Of a stretch of 64,000 bases of DNA, positions 45,983-54,364 are shown piece by piece; positions within the stretch are counted from its first letter, which is position 1; each line of letters opens with the position of its first letter. The notes under the pieces were generated by a model. It made no database searches, had not been told where the DNA came from, and worked only from the letters and a program-made list of their open reading frames with translations. Position numbers and translations under genes: made by a program. This DNA is from an uncultured bacterium (lineage in GTDB: Bacteria > Acidobacteriota > Thermoanaerobaculia > Multivoradales > JAHZIX01), in contig CBDUPA010000005.1 in NCBI GenBank assembly GCA_965368975.1, positions 96,001 to 160,000 of the forward strand, written 5' to 3'.

Positions 45983-47379
45983 TCGAAGGCCAGTTGATTC
46001 GCGTGTTGTAGTGCCTCGTCCCCCTTCAGGGAGTGTTGCAGCACGTTCAGGAACGTCTCGCGGGGTAGCAAACTCGTTGCCGCTTGCAGGGCGCCCAGGG
46101 CGACCAAGTTCTTGACCCGGAGCGCCCCCAGGTCGACGGCGATCTGGGTGAATGGGACGCCGAGCAGGCGGACGCCTTCGGCCAGCTGTGGTGGTGTCTC
46201 GACGACGGTCGCGTCATAGAGCACGGTGCCACCGGCGGGCACCGCCGGGCCGAACTTCTCCAGGCTCGGTGCATTGAAAGCCACCAGCACGTGGGGATGC
46301 GGGGCCGACGGGGACAGCACCTCGCCCTCCGCCACGTGAACGTCGGCGTAGGAGGTGCCGCCGCGTGACTCCGGGCCGTAGCTCGGGATGTAGGTGGCGT
46401 CGAAGCCCTCGTCGATGGCGCCCTGGCAGGTCAGCTTGGCCAGCGTCTGGGCGCCGTCACCGCCGGCTCCAGCGAACTTCACCGCGACGTCGTCAGCCGC
46501 CAGATGGCTCGGAAAACCGTCGGCGAAGCGATCGACCGCTTCGTGGGTGGTACCAAGGGTCGCGAGTAGGGATTCCGGTGCGAAGCGCGGCGGCTCGAGT
46601 TCGAACCACGGCTCGACGTCCAGATCTTTCTTCACGCCCAGCGGGAATACGGGCAGCATGTTCTCCTGCACCCAGCGCTGTGTCTCCTCGGGCGTTGCGT
46701 GCAGGTGCGTCGGGCACTCTGCCAGCACCTCGACGAAGCCGAAACCGCGGCCCTCGATCTGCAACTGCAACGCCTTGCGGATCGCCTTCTTGGCGCGCTT
46801 GCGCTGCTTGGCATCGAAGAGGGCCACGCGCTCGACATAGACCGGGCCGTCGAGCTGGGCGATCGTCTCGGCCATCTTCAGCGGCTGGCCCATCATGCGT
46901 GTGCGGCCGTCGGGCGACGTCGTGGTGGTCTGCGACATCAGCGTCGTTGGCGCCATCTGACCGCCGGTCATGCCGTAGATGGCGTTGTTGATGAAGAGGA
47001 AGCTCAGCGGCAAGCCCATCTGGGCCGCCTGCATGATCTCGGCCAGGCCGATCGACGCCAGGTCGCCGTCTCCCTGGTAGGCGATGACGATCGCCTCCGG
47101 GTTGGCCATCTTGTGCCCGATCGCGACCGCTGGAGCGCGGCCGTGGGCTGCCTGGGTATTCCCGACGTCCAGGTAGTAGTAGAGGAAGACGGCACAGCCG
47201 ACCGGTGAGACGGCGACGGCTCGGTCCTGAATGCCCAGGTCGGCGATCGCTTCGGCCAGGTACTTGTGGGCCAGGCCGTGGCCACAGCCGGCGCAGTAGT
47301 GGGTACTGTGTCCCTTGAGTCCCTCGCCGTGTGCGTGGCGTTCGAAGGTCGGATAGAACACGTTTTCTTGAGTGCTCAT
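45940..47379 (-). CDS. 2-oxoacid:ferredoxin oxidoreductase beta+gamma fusion (Vor-like)
   Basis: YCAGCGH, GDGD..NNAIYGMTGGQ (TPP), then AGAGGDG and YGPESRGG (gamma). Confidence 0.9.
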   Translation of the reverse strand: MSTQENVFYPTFERHAHGEGLKGHSTHYCAGCGHGLAHKYLAEAIADLGIQDRAVAVSPVGCAVFLYYYLDVGNTQAAHGRAPAVAIGHKMANPEAIVIAYQGDGDLASIGLAEIMQAAQMGLPLSFLFINNAIYGMTGGQMAPTTLMSQTTTTSPDGRTRMMGQPLKMAETIAQLDGPVYVERVALFDAKQRKRAKKAIRKALQLQIEGRGFGFVEVLAECPTHLHATPEETQRWVQENMLPVFPLGVKKDLDVEPWFELEPPRFAPESLLATLGTTHEAVDRFADGFPSHLAADDVAVKFAGAGGDGAQTLAKLTCQGAIDEGFDATYIPSYGPESRGGTSYADVHVAEGEVLSPSAPHPHVLVAFNAPSLEKFGPAVPAGGTVLYDATVVETPPQLAEGVRLLGVPFTQIAVDLGALRVKNLVALGALQAATSLLPRETFLNVLQHSLKGDEALQHANQLAFDQGSRAAVETLNAP

Positions 47380-47390
47380 GGCTGGCTCCT

Positions 47391-48836
47391 TCACGCCGCT
47401 CGGGCGGTGCGGTCGAGGGTGAGGACGCGGTCGATGATCTCGTTGGCTTGCGGTAGCACGCCGCCATAGTGGCGCACCGATTCGATGGGGGGTGGCGCCA
47501 CGCGCTCATGACTCGACGCCGCATGACTCGACACCGCATGACTGAGGGCCAGGCGCAGCTCGTCCTCGAGCTGTCCCGGACCGGCTTCGACCACCAGGAT
47601 GCCGCGTGCGCGGTGGAGCAGCGGCTCGAGATGCCGGATCGGGAACGGCCACAAGCTGACCGGGCGGAACAGGCCTGCCTTCACGCCTTGACGTCGTAGC
47701 TCGGCGACCGCGCCCTTGGCCATGCGTGCCGGTGTGTTGCAGGCCACCACCAACCAGTCCGCGTCGTCGCATTGGTACAGGTCCGCGCGCTGCTCGTGCT
47801 CGGAAATCTGTGCGTACTTCTCGTTCAGGTGGATGTTGTGGGCTTCGAGATCCGCCTCGTTCAGGTAGATCGAGCACAGCAGGTTGCGCCGGTGGGCTTC
47901 GTCACCCCACACGGCCCACTCCGGCAGGCCTGGGCGTACCAAGTGGTCCGGCAACTCGACCTTGCCCGTGATCTGTCCCAGGTACCCATCGCCGGCCAGA
48001 ATCACGGGGTTACGGTACTTGAAGCTGAGGTCGAAGGCTTCCATCGTCAGGTCGAGCATCTCTTGCGGCGTCGACGGTGCAAGAACCAGCGCGTGCGTAT
48101 TGCCGTGGCCGAGGCCGCGGCACAGCAGCTTGATATCCGCCTGCTCGGGTGCGATGTTGCCCAGGCCAGGCCCGCCGCGCATGACGTTGACGAAGACCCC
48201 CGGAATCTCGGCGCCGATCATGTAGGAGATGCCTTCGAGCATCAGCGAGAAGCCGGGCGACGAAGTGAAGGTCATGGAGCGCAGGCCGGCGCCGCCGCAG
48301 CCGTACATCATGTTGACCGCCGCCACCTCGCTTACCGCCTGCACGAAGACGCCGCCGAGCTTGGGTAGCAGCTTGGCCATCAGTTCGGCCCCTTCGGTCG
48401 ACGGCGTGATCGGATAGCCGAAGAAGTGGCGGCAGCCAGCGAGCAGCGCGCCGACAGCCGAGGCATGGGTGCCCTTGAGCACCATCGGCTGCTGGGCAGG
48501 CAAAGGCACGCGCAGGTCCGGGATCGTCAGCGGTTCGGGCGCGGTGGTCGGCCGCGGTCCGAACAGGTGCTCCGGGTCGACGTGCTTTTCGGCTTCCAGG
48601 ACTGCCAGCTCCTCGGGCATCGGCATCAGGCCGTATGGTTCGGGGCAGGCGTCGAAGCACAGGCCGCAGCCGTTGCAGATTTCCAGGTCGAGCTCTACCG
48701 GCGCCAGGCCGGTGGCGGGATCAATGTGGGTTCCCGGCGTGATGCAGTGTTTGGGGCAGGCTGACACACAGCGGCCGCAGGCCTTGCAGAAGTCGGGAAG
48801 GAGAAAGGGCTTGGGTCGTTCGGTTGCTATGGCCAT
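47391..48836 (-). CDS. 2-oxoacid:ferredoxin oxidoreductase delta (2x4Fe-4S)+alpha fusion (VorB-like)
   Basis: CKACGRCVSACP and CNGCGLCFDACP; GYPITP, SSPGFSLMLE, RGGPGLG. Confidence 0.9.
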   Translation of the reverse strand: MAIATERPKPFLLPDFCKACGRCVSACPKHCITPGTHIDPATGLAPVELDLEICNGCGLCFDACPEPYGLMPMPEELAVLEAEKHVDPEHLFGPRPTTAPEPLTIPDLRVPLPAQQPMVLKGTHASAVGALLAGCRHFFGYPITPSTEGAELMAKLLPKLGGVFVQAVSEVAAVNMMYGCGGAGLRSMTFTSSPGFSLMLEGISYMIGAEIPGVFVNVMRGGPGLGNIAPEQADIKLLCRGLGHGNTHALVLAPSTPQEMLDLTMEAFDLSFKYRNPVILAGDGYLGQITGKVELPDHLVRPGLPEWAVWGDEAHRRNLLCSIYLNEADLEAHNIHLNEKYAQISEHEQRADLYQCDDADWLVVACNTPARMAKGAVAELRRQGVKAGLFRPVSLWPFPIRHLEPLLHRARGILVVEAGPGQLEDELRLALSHAVSSHAASSHERVAPPPIESVRHYGGVLPQANEIIDRVLTLDRTARAA

Positions 48837-49082
48837 CGTGAGTTCCTTCTTGATGGGGCCTCCGGATGCGGAGTCCGATTCCTCCTCAGTTTCCGCCCCT
48901 TCGCGCGGGCTCACAACGCCCGCAGGTGGGGATTTGGGCCACCCCCCGCGGAGCGACGCTCACCCACCCCGTTGGGTAGCAGCGAGGGGTGCCTTGCTTT
49001 GCTATGCTGCATGGGTCTTTCAACTCAGCCACGGTGGGCCGCCGTCAATGGTGCCTGCTGCCACGGAAAGGACGGAGTCGAC

Positions 49083-50495
49083 ATGAAGCGCTTGTTCATG
49101 GAAATGACGCGCAACCCGATCAGCTTGGTGGGTACGGCCTTGACCACCGCCAGCGCTGTCCTCATCCTGACGCTGTTCGCGGTCGAGTTGGCCGGTTTCC
49201 GAGGTGGCCCTTACATCGGCATCCTGGCTTTCATGATCCTGCCGGCAGTGTTCGTCTGCGGCTTGGTCCTGATTCCAATCGGTATTCGTCGCGAACGCCG
49301 CCGCCGCCGGGCGGTCGGGGAGGCTGCGGCATTTCCGGTGCTCGACTTCAACCGCGACAAGGTGCGCAATGTAGCCCTCGTTCTGTTCGTGCTCAGCATG
49401 ATCAACCTGGTGATCCTCGCCGCTGCCACCTACAAGGGTGTCGAGACCTTGGAGTCGACCGAGTTCTGCGGCGAAGCTTGCCACTCGGTGATGGCTCCCG
49501 AATACACCGCCTACCAGCGTTCGCCGCACGCGCAGGTCGCCTGTGTCGAGTGCCATGTCGGTCCGGGCGCCGGGTGGTTCTTGAAGGCCAAGCTCAATGG
49601 TGCCTGGCAGGTCGTGTCGGTCAACCTGGACCTCTACGAGCGTCCGATCCCGACACCGGTTCACAACATGCGTCCGGCGAGTGAGACCTGCGGCAACTGC
49701 CACTGGTCGGGCAACGACATCGGCGACCGTCTGCAGGTCTTCACCAAGTACCAGGAGGACGAGGCCAACACGCGCGTCCAGACCGTGCTCAACCTGCACG
49801 TCGGCAGCGGCGCTTCCGGTCGTAGCTCCGGCATCCACTGGCACTCCGACCCGGAAGTCGAGATTCGCTACCGCTCGGACGAGAAGCGCGAGACCATCTA
49901 CGACGTCGAGATGCGTCTGCCTGACGGTACCGTCAAACGCTACCTACCGCCCGATCCGGACGCCCTCGCCGAAGCCGAGGCCGAGGGGCACCTGGAATGG
50001 CGGGTCATGGACTGCGCCGACTGTCACAATCGTCCTAGCCACACGTTTCGGCCGGCCGATTGGGAACTCAACCTGGCGCTCTCGCAAGGTCGACTCGACA
50101 CCTCGCTACCGTTCGTGCGCCGGGAGGGCATGCGCCTGCTCAGCGCCGACTACGACAGCCACGAAGCCGCCGCAAGCGCCATGCCGGCCGAACTGGAAGC
50201 GTTCTACCGCGACAACTACCCGGACGTTCTGGCCGCCAACGCGGAGGCCGTCGAACAAGCCGGTGCCGAACTGGCGCGCATCTACTCGTGGAACGTCTTT
50301 CCAGCCATGGACATCAGCTGGGGCAGCTACCCCAATCATCTGGGGCACGAAGCGTCGCCAGGCTGCTTCCGTTGTCACGACGAAGAGCACGCCACCGAAG
50401 AGGGAGACACGATCTCCATGGACTGCTATTCCTGCCACAGCATGCCGGCGATCGAGGAAGAAGATCCGGAGATTCTGCAGCTGATGGAGATGTGA
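49083..50495 (+). CDS. Membrane-anchored multiheme cytochrome c (NapC/NirT-like N-terminus)
   Basis: 3 N-terminal TM; CGEACH plus five CxxCH (CVECH, CGNCH, CADCH, CFRCH, CYSCH); GGAG RBS. Confidence 0.9.
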   Translation: MKRLFMEMTRNPISLVGTALTTASAVLILTLFAVELAGFRGGPYIGILAFMILPAVFVCGLVLIPIGIRRERRRRRAVGEAAAFPVLDFNRDKVRNVALVLFVLSMINLVILAAATYKGVETLESTEFCGEACHSVMAPEYTAYQRSPHAQVACVECHVGPGAGWFLKAKLNGAWQVVSVNLDLYERPIPTPVHNMRPASETCGNCHWSGNDIGDRLQVFTKYQEDEANTRVQTVLNLHVGSGASGRSSGIHWHSDPEVEIRYRSDEKRETIYDVEMRLPDGTVKRYLPPDPDALAEAEAEGHLEWRVMDCADCHNRPSHTFRPADWELNLALSQGRLDTSLPFVRREGMRLLSADYDSHEAAASAMPAELEAFYRDNYPDVLAANAEAVEQAGAELARIYSWNVFPAMDISWGSYPNHLGHEASPGCFRCHDEEHATEEGDTISMDCYSCHSMPAIEEEDPEILQLMEM

Positions 50496-50545
50496 CGGGG
50501 TCGCCTAGACGGGGTCGCCTAGACGGGGTCGCCTAGACGGGGTCG
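50494..50545. repeat. 14-bp tandem repeat (GACGGGGTCGCCTA), 3 full units and 1 partial
   Basis: Fills the gap between the convergent cytochrome and pgaD stops. Confidence 0.95.
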
Positions 50546-51018
50546 ACAACTAGACCGCGAAGCTCACCGTCCTCGTCGACATCCAGGGTCGCTCGCCGGC
50601 TGTCTCGCAGATCGGCGAGAATCTGTGGGCGTAGGTGGAAGTCTTGCGCGATCTCGGCGTCGTCGATCGGAGAGGGTGCGTGACGGCGGTCGTGGTGACC
50701 GAAGTGGCGCAAGTTGTAGAGAGACCAGAGGGCCGTGACGACTATGGTCAGGAGCAGGATAGCCGCGTATTGCTGCAGAGTGAGCAGATCCTCGCGTTGC
50801 TGTAGGGGTAGCACCACATCGACGAAGCGCTGGGCGCCGAGGAACCAGGCGAGCAAGCTGACGAGCGGCAGCCAGAGGTAGATCCAGACCGCCCAGACGA
50901 GGGCGGTCAGGAATCCATAGAGCGTCCTGCGGGAGGCACTGACCAGTTCGGGGCGGTCGATGATCAAGGGCGGCTTGAGGTGGTCTCGCTCCGGGATTTG
51001 CCGAGGGGTGGTGGTCAT
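50533..51018 (-). CDS. pgaD: PNAG biosynthesis protein PgaD
   Basis: PLIIDRP, LTALVWAVWIYLW, WSLYNLRHF; 2 TM; coupled to pgaC. Confidence 0.85.
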   Translation of the reverse strand: MTTTPRQIPERDHLKPPLIIDRPELVSASRRTLYGFLTALVWAVWIYLWLPLVSLLAWFLGAQRFVDVVLPLQQREDLLTLQQYAAILLLTIVVTALWSLYNLRHFGHHDRRHAPSPIDDAEIAQDFHLRPQILADLRDSRRATLDVDEDGELRGLVVDPV

Positions 51019-52511
51019 GACGCACCTCGCGCGGACGGGGTAGTTGCGGATGGGGTAGTTGCGGACGGGGTAGTTGCGGACGGGGTAGTTGCGGTCGGGG
51101 TGCTGCCAACGGAGGTGTCACGTCGAGGTTGCCAACGCCAGCCGTGTGGGCGAATACCACGGTCCGGGCTGGTCCACAGTCCTTGTCGGCGACGTGCGAG
51201 CAGAGCACGCGGCAGCGCGACGACGGTGGTTGCCATGTTGAGGGTCCAGTAGAGCAGTGGGTACCAGACCATCCAATAGTAGTTGCGCGCCAGGCCACGC
51301 TCGTAGCGGCTGTCCAGGGCGAGGCTCACCGCCAGCTGCAGTAGGCAAGCGACGGCGAGGATCATGCCGTTCCAGCCGGGCAGGACAGTGCCGACCTGTA
51401 GCACCGCAGGCAACGTGACGAACTGGCCGAGCAGCCACAGCAGCAGCATCGCGGCCATGGTGTACGACCACAGGACGCTCAGCAGGTATTCGCCAAAGAC
51501 GCCCCACATGCGGTGGCCGCGCCAGGTCAGGATGCGCCGGGTGTAGTGCAGCATGGCCTCGGCACCGCCCTGTGCCCAGCGCAGACGCTGACGCCACAAG
51601 CCGCGCAGTGTCTCAGGCATCAGTACCCAGCACAGGGCGTGTGGCTCGTAGCGCACATCCCAGGAGTCGAGCTGCAGACGCCAGCTGACGTCGACATCGT
51701 CGGTGACCGTATCGGCGTGCCAGTAGCCGACCCGGTGTAGTGCCGTCTTGCGAAAGGCGGCGACGACGCCGGAGACCGTGAAGACGCGGCCGTAGATGCG
51801 TTGCGCGCGTTTGATCAGGCCGATGATGGAGGAGAACTCGCCCACCTGGAGCTTGCCGAGCAGGGTCGAGCGGGTACGAATGCGTGGGTTGCCGGTGACC
51901 GCGCCGACGCGGTGGCCGGTGACCAGGTGGTAGAGGAGCCAGGTGGTAGCGTCGGGGTCGAGAATGGAGTCACCGTCGACGCACACCAGGAACTCGTGCC
52001 GTGCCGCGAGAACGCCCATGCGCAGAGCGGTGGCCTTGCCGCGGTTCTGCCGCAGGTGCAGCACGCGCAGACGTGGGTTCCCTGCAGCCAGGGCTTGCGC
52101 CGCCAGCTCGTCGAGACGCTGGGCGGTGCCGTCGCTGCTGCCATCGTCGATCGCGATCACTTCGAAGTCCGGATAGCGCTGTGCCAGCAGGGCGCTGAAG
52201 GTTTCGTCGAGGTTGTCGACTTCGTCATGGCAGGGCACGAGGATAGACACGGAGGGCCATCCCATCCCCGTCGGGAGGGTTGGTGGTTCGCCGCCGCGCG
52301 TGCGGGCGCCGACATCGAACTCGGCGTCTCGAGGGCCGCTCTTGTGGCTGCGGCGCGGCACCGGGCGCTCCCAGTGCAGGTAGAAGTAGAGGCCGCCGAT
52401 CATCCATACGAAGGCCATGTACAGCGGGTAGTAGAAAGCGAAGGCGAAGAGACCCCGTACCACGTCGCTCCATCCGAAGGCGGCGATTCCGAATAGGCTG
52501 GTTTCGTACAT
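51015..52511 (-). CDS. pgaC: Poly-beta-1,6-GlcNAc synthase PgaC (GT2)
   Basis: FYYPLYMAFVWMIGG, DDGSSD, DGD, GAVTGNPRIR, EFSSIIGLIKRAQR, TDD, QRLRWAQGG, WTSPDRG. Confidence 0.94.
   Translation of the reverse strand: MYETSLFGIAAFGWSDVVRGLFAFAFYYPLYMAFVWMIGGLYFYLHWERPVPRRSHKSGPRDAEFDVGARTRGGEPPTLPTGMGWPSVSILVPCHDEVDNLDETFSALLAQRYPDFEVIAIDDGSSDGTAQRLDELAAQALAAGNPRLRVLHLRQNRGKATALRMGVLAARHEFLVCVDGDSILDPDATTWLLYHLVTGHRVGAVTGNPRIRTRSTLLGKLQVGEFSSIIGLIKRAQRIYGRVFTVSGVVAAFRKTALHRVGYWHADTVTDDVDVSWRLQLDSWDVRYEPHALCWVLMPETLRGLWRQRLRWAQGGAEAMLHYTRRILTWRGHRMWGVFGEYLLSVLWSYTMAAMLLLWLLGQFVTLPAVLQVGTVLPGWNGMILAVACLLQLAVSLALDSRYERGLARNYYWMVWYPLLYWTLNMATTVVALPRALLARRRQGLWTSPDRGIRPHGWRWQPRRDTSVGSTPTATTPSATTPSATTPSATTPSARGAS
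51031..51101. repeat. 15-bp in-frame tandem repeat encoding (TTPSA)n at the PgaC C-terminus
   Basis: GCGGACGGGGTAGTT x4 (one with a mismatch) plus a degenerate fifth unit. Confidence 0.93.
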
Positions 52512-52534
52512 GGTGGGGCTCCTCTACGGTTCCC

Positions 52535-54364
52535 CTACGGATAGGGAAAGCTATCCAGCGACCAGGCCGGGCGTAGCTCCAACAGGGCCGCGTCGCCGTC
52601 CGGGTAGGCAGTGGTACCGAGGCCCAGGTTGAGGACTCGTCGGCGTTGCAGGTACCGCAGCGCATCGAAGAGCTGCTGCGCCCGGGCGCTGCTGCCGCTA
52701 CGGCGCCCTTCAGCGGTGGCGTTGTGTTGGGTCGCTGGGGCGGGGGACGGTAGCTCGACCCAGGGCAGTCGCCGCAAGTCTTCGATGTGGGGCGCAGGTA
52801 GGGCGGCGTGGAGCACTTGGGCCAGACGGTCGAGGTCACGCTCCTGCAGTTGGTCGGAGTCGAGGCGCACGAGAAGTTGGTCACAGGCTGCCGGCTGCGC
52901 CTGCAGCTGCCGGTAGAGATCCCCGGCGAACGTCTCGTGTGGGTCGAGATCGTGCTGGCTCGAGATGGTGGACCGCAGGTCGACCCTGCAGGCGATCTCA
53001 GCGCGCGGGCGATGCCGGCGCAGGCGGCGACGTAGGTCCGTCGCGATCACCTCGACGTCCGGGCCCGGCGTAGTCGCGGCATCCAGCACGAGACCGCGCA
53101 GCGCTGCCGCGGCGGCGTAGTGCTCGACGGCTTGGTACAGGTGAGTGTAGTTCGTGTTCACATCGACGTAGAGCGACAGGGCGGTGGTGACCCCGAGCCG
53201 CTTTTGCAGCTGCCAGACGGTGCGGTTCAGTAGGTCGCGTCGGGGGTCGTCGATCCGCGGATCCGCGACACGCAGGTGAACACGACTCAAGTCGAGTCGC
53301 TCGACGAAGTCCAGCAGGGCATCGAGTTTGGTCTCGCGTTGCTGCAGGGTGGCGGCGTCGAGGGCATCGAGATCGAAGGTGATGAAGCGTTCGGGCGCGC
53401 TCTCGCGCAAGTGGCGCAGGCGCCAGACCAGGTTCTGCAGTGGCAAGCCACCCTCGGATGAGAAGCGCCGCACGCTTCGCAGGTCGTTGACCGGCTGGAA
53501 GCCAGAGTGCAACGCCAGCGTGACGCGGAAGCCCAGCTCGGCGGCGACCTCTTCGGCGATGCCGCCACTGGCGCCGAACGGCCAGGCGAGTCCGCGCGGC
53601 GCTGTGCCAAGGTGGTGTCGGAGTAACTCCCGGCCGCGCTCCAGGTCGTCGGCCAGGCGCTGCCGGAAGGCTACGTCCTTCTCGTAGGAACCCGTGGTGG
53701 GGTCGAAAATGCGGGTCGCGGCGGCCGGTTGCAGGTTGCCGGCACGGTTGCCGAGCACGCCGCGATGCAAGTCGTAGCTGTGCAATGCCACCTCGACCAG
53801 GCCGGAGTCGACCATCTCACGCAGTTGCGACCAGCTGACGAAGGCCTCGCGGGTCAAGGGAATACCGTTGTAGTCGATGCTGGTGCCCGCGGGGGCATCC
53901 AGCCAGGCACCGGTCACGCTGACCACGGCCGGGAAGTCGAACAGGCGCAGCAGCGGGAAGACATACCGGTAGACGCTGGTCAGGCCGTCGTCGAACGTGA
54001 GCAGGATAGGCTGCTTGGGAAGCGACCGTAGACCGTCCTGTGCCGCCAGGAGGTCGTCCATGCGTATCGGGGTGTAGCCGTGCTCACGCAGCCAGGCGAA
54101 GTGGCTCACCAGGGTGTCGAGGCTGAGGGCGTACGGGTCCCTGGGATCGCCGTTCGGCGGCAGTTCGGCTCGGATGTCGTGGTAGCTCAGCGCGATGAAC
54201 TCGGCTGTCGACTTTGCTGGGGGACGCTCGGCAGCGGGTGCGGCTCGGACGAGTTCGCTTGCCAGGTCGAAGTGTTGACCTGTGCCCGCCGTCGCCAGCA
54301 CGGCTGCCAGCAGCAGGGTGATCACGACCACTCTCGAGACGAAGCATTTGTGTCTGATCGTCAT
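52535..54364 (-). CDS. pgaB: PNAG N-deacetylase PgaB (C-terminal domain divergent)
   Basis: LSYHDI, LLTFDDG, HSYDLH, GNLQPAA and WPFG deacetylase motifs; remnant DLD..LNRTVWQL C-domain. Confidence 0.88.
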   Translation of the reverse strand: MTIRHKCFVSRVVVITLLLAAVLATAGTGQHFDLASELVRAAPAAERPPAKSTAEFIALSYHDIRAELPPNGDPRDPYALSLDTLVSHFAWLREHGYTPIRMDDLLAAQDGLRSLPKQPILLTFDDGLTSVYRYVFPLLRLFDFPAVVSVTGAWLDAPAGTSIDYNGIPLTREAFVSWSQLREMVDSGLVEVALHSYDLHRGVLGNRAGNLQPAAATRIFDPTTGSYEKDVAFRQRLADDLERGRELLRHHLGTAPRGLAWPFGASGGIAEEVAAELGFRVTLALHSGFQPVNDLRSVRRFSSEGGLPLQNLVWRLRHLRESAPERFITFDLDALDAATLQQRETKLDALLDFVERLDLSRVHLRVADPRIDDPRRDLLNRTVWQLQKRLGVTTALSLYVDVNTNYTHLYQAVEHYAAAAALRGLVLDAATTPGPDVEVIATDLRRRLRRHRPRAEIACRVDLRSTISSQHDLDPHETFAGDLYRQLQAQPAACDQLLVRLDSDQLQERDLDRLAQVLHAALPAPHIEDLRRLPWVELPSPAPATQHNATAEGRRSGSSARAQQLFDALRYLQRRRVLNLGLGTTAYPDGDAALLELRPAWSLDSFPYP

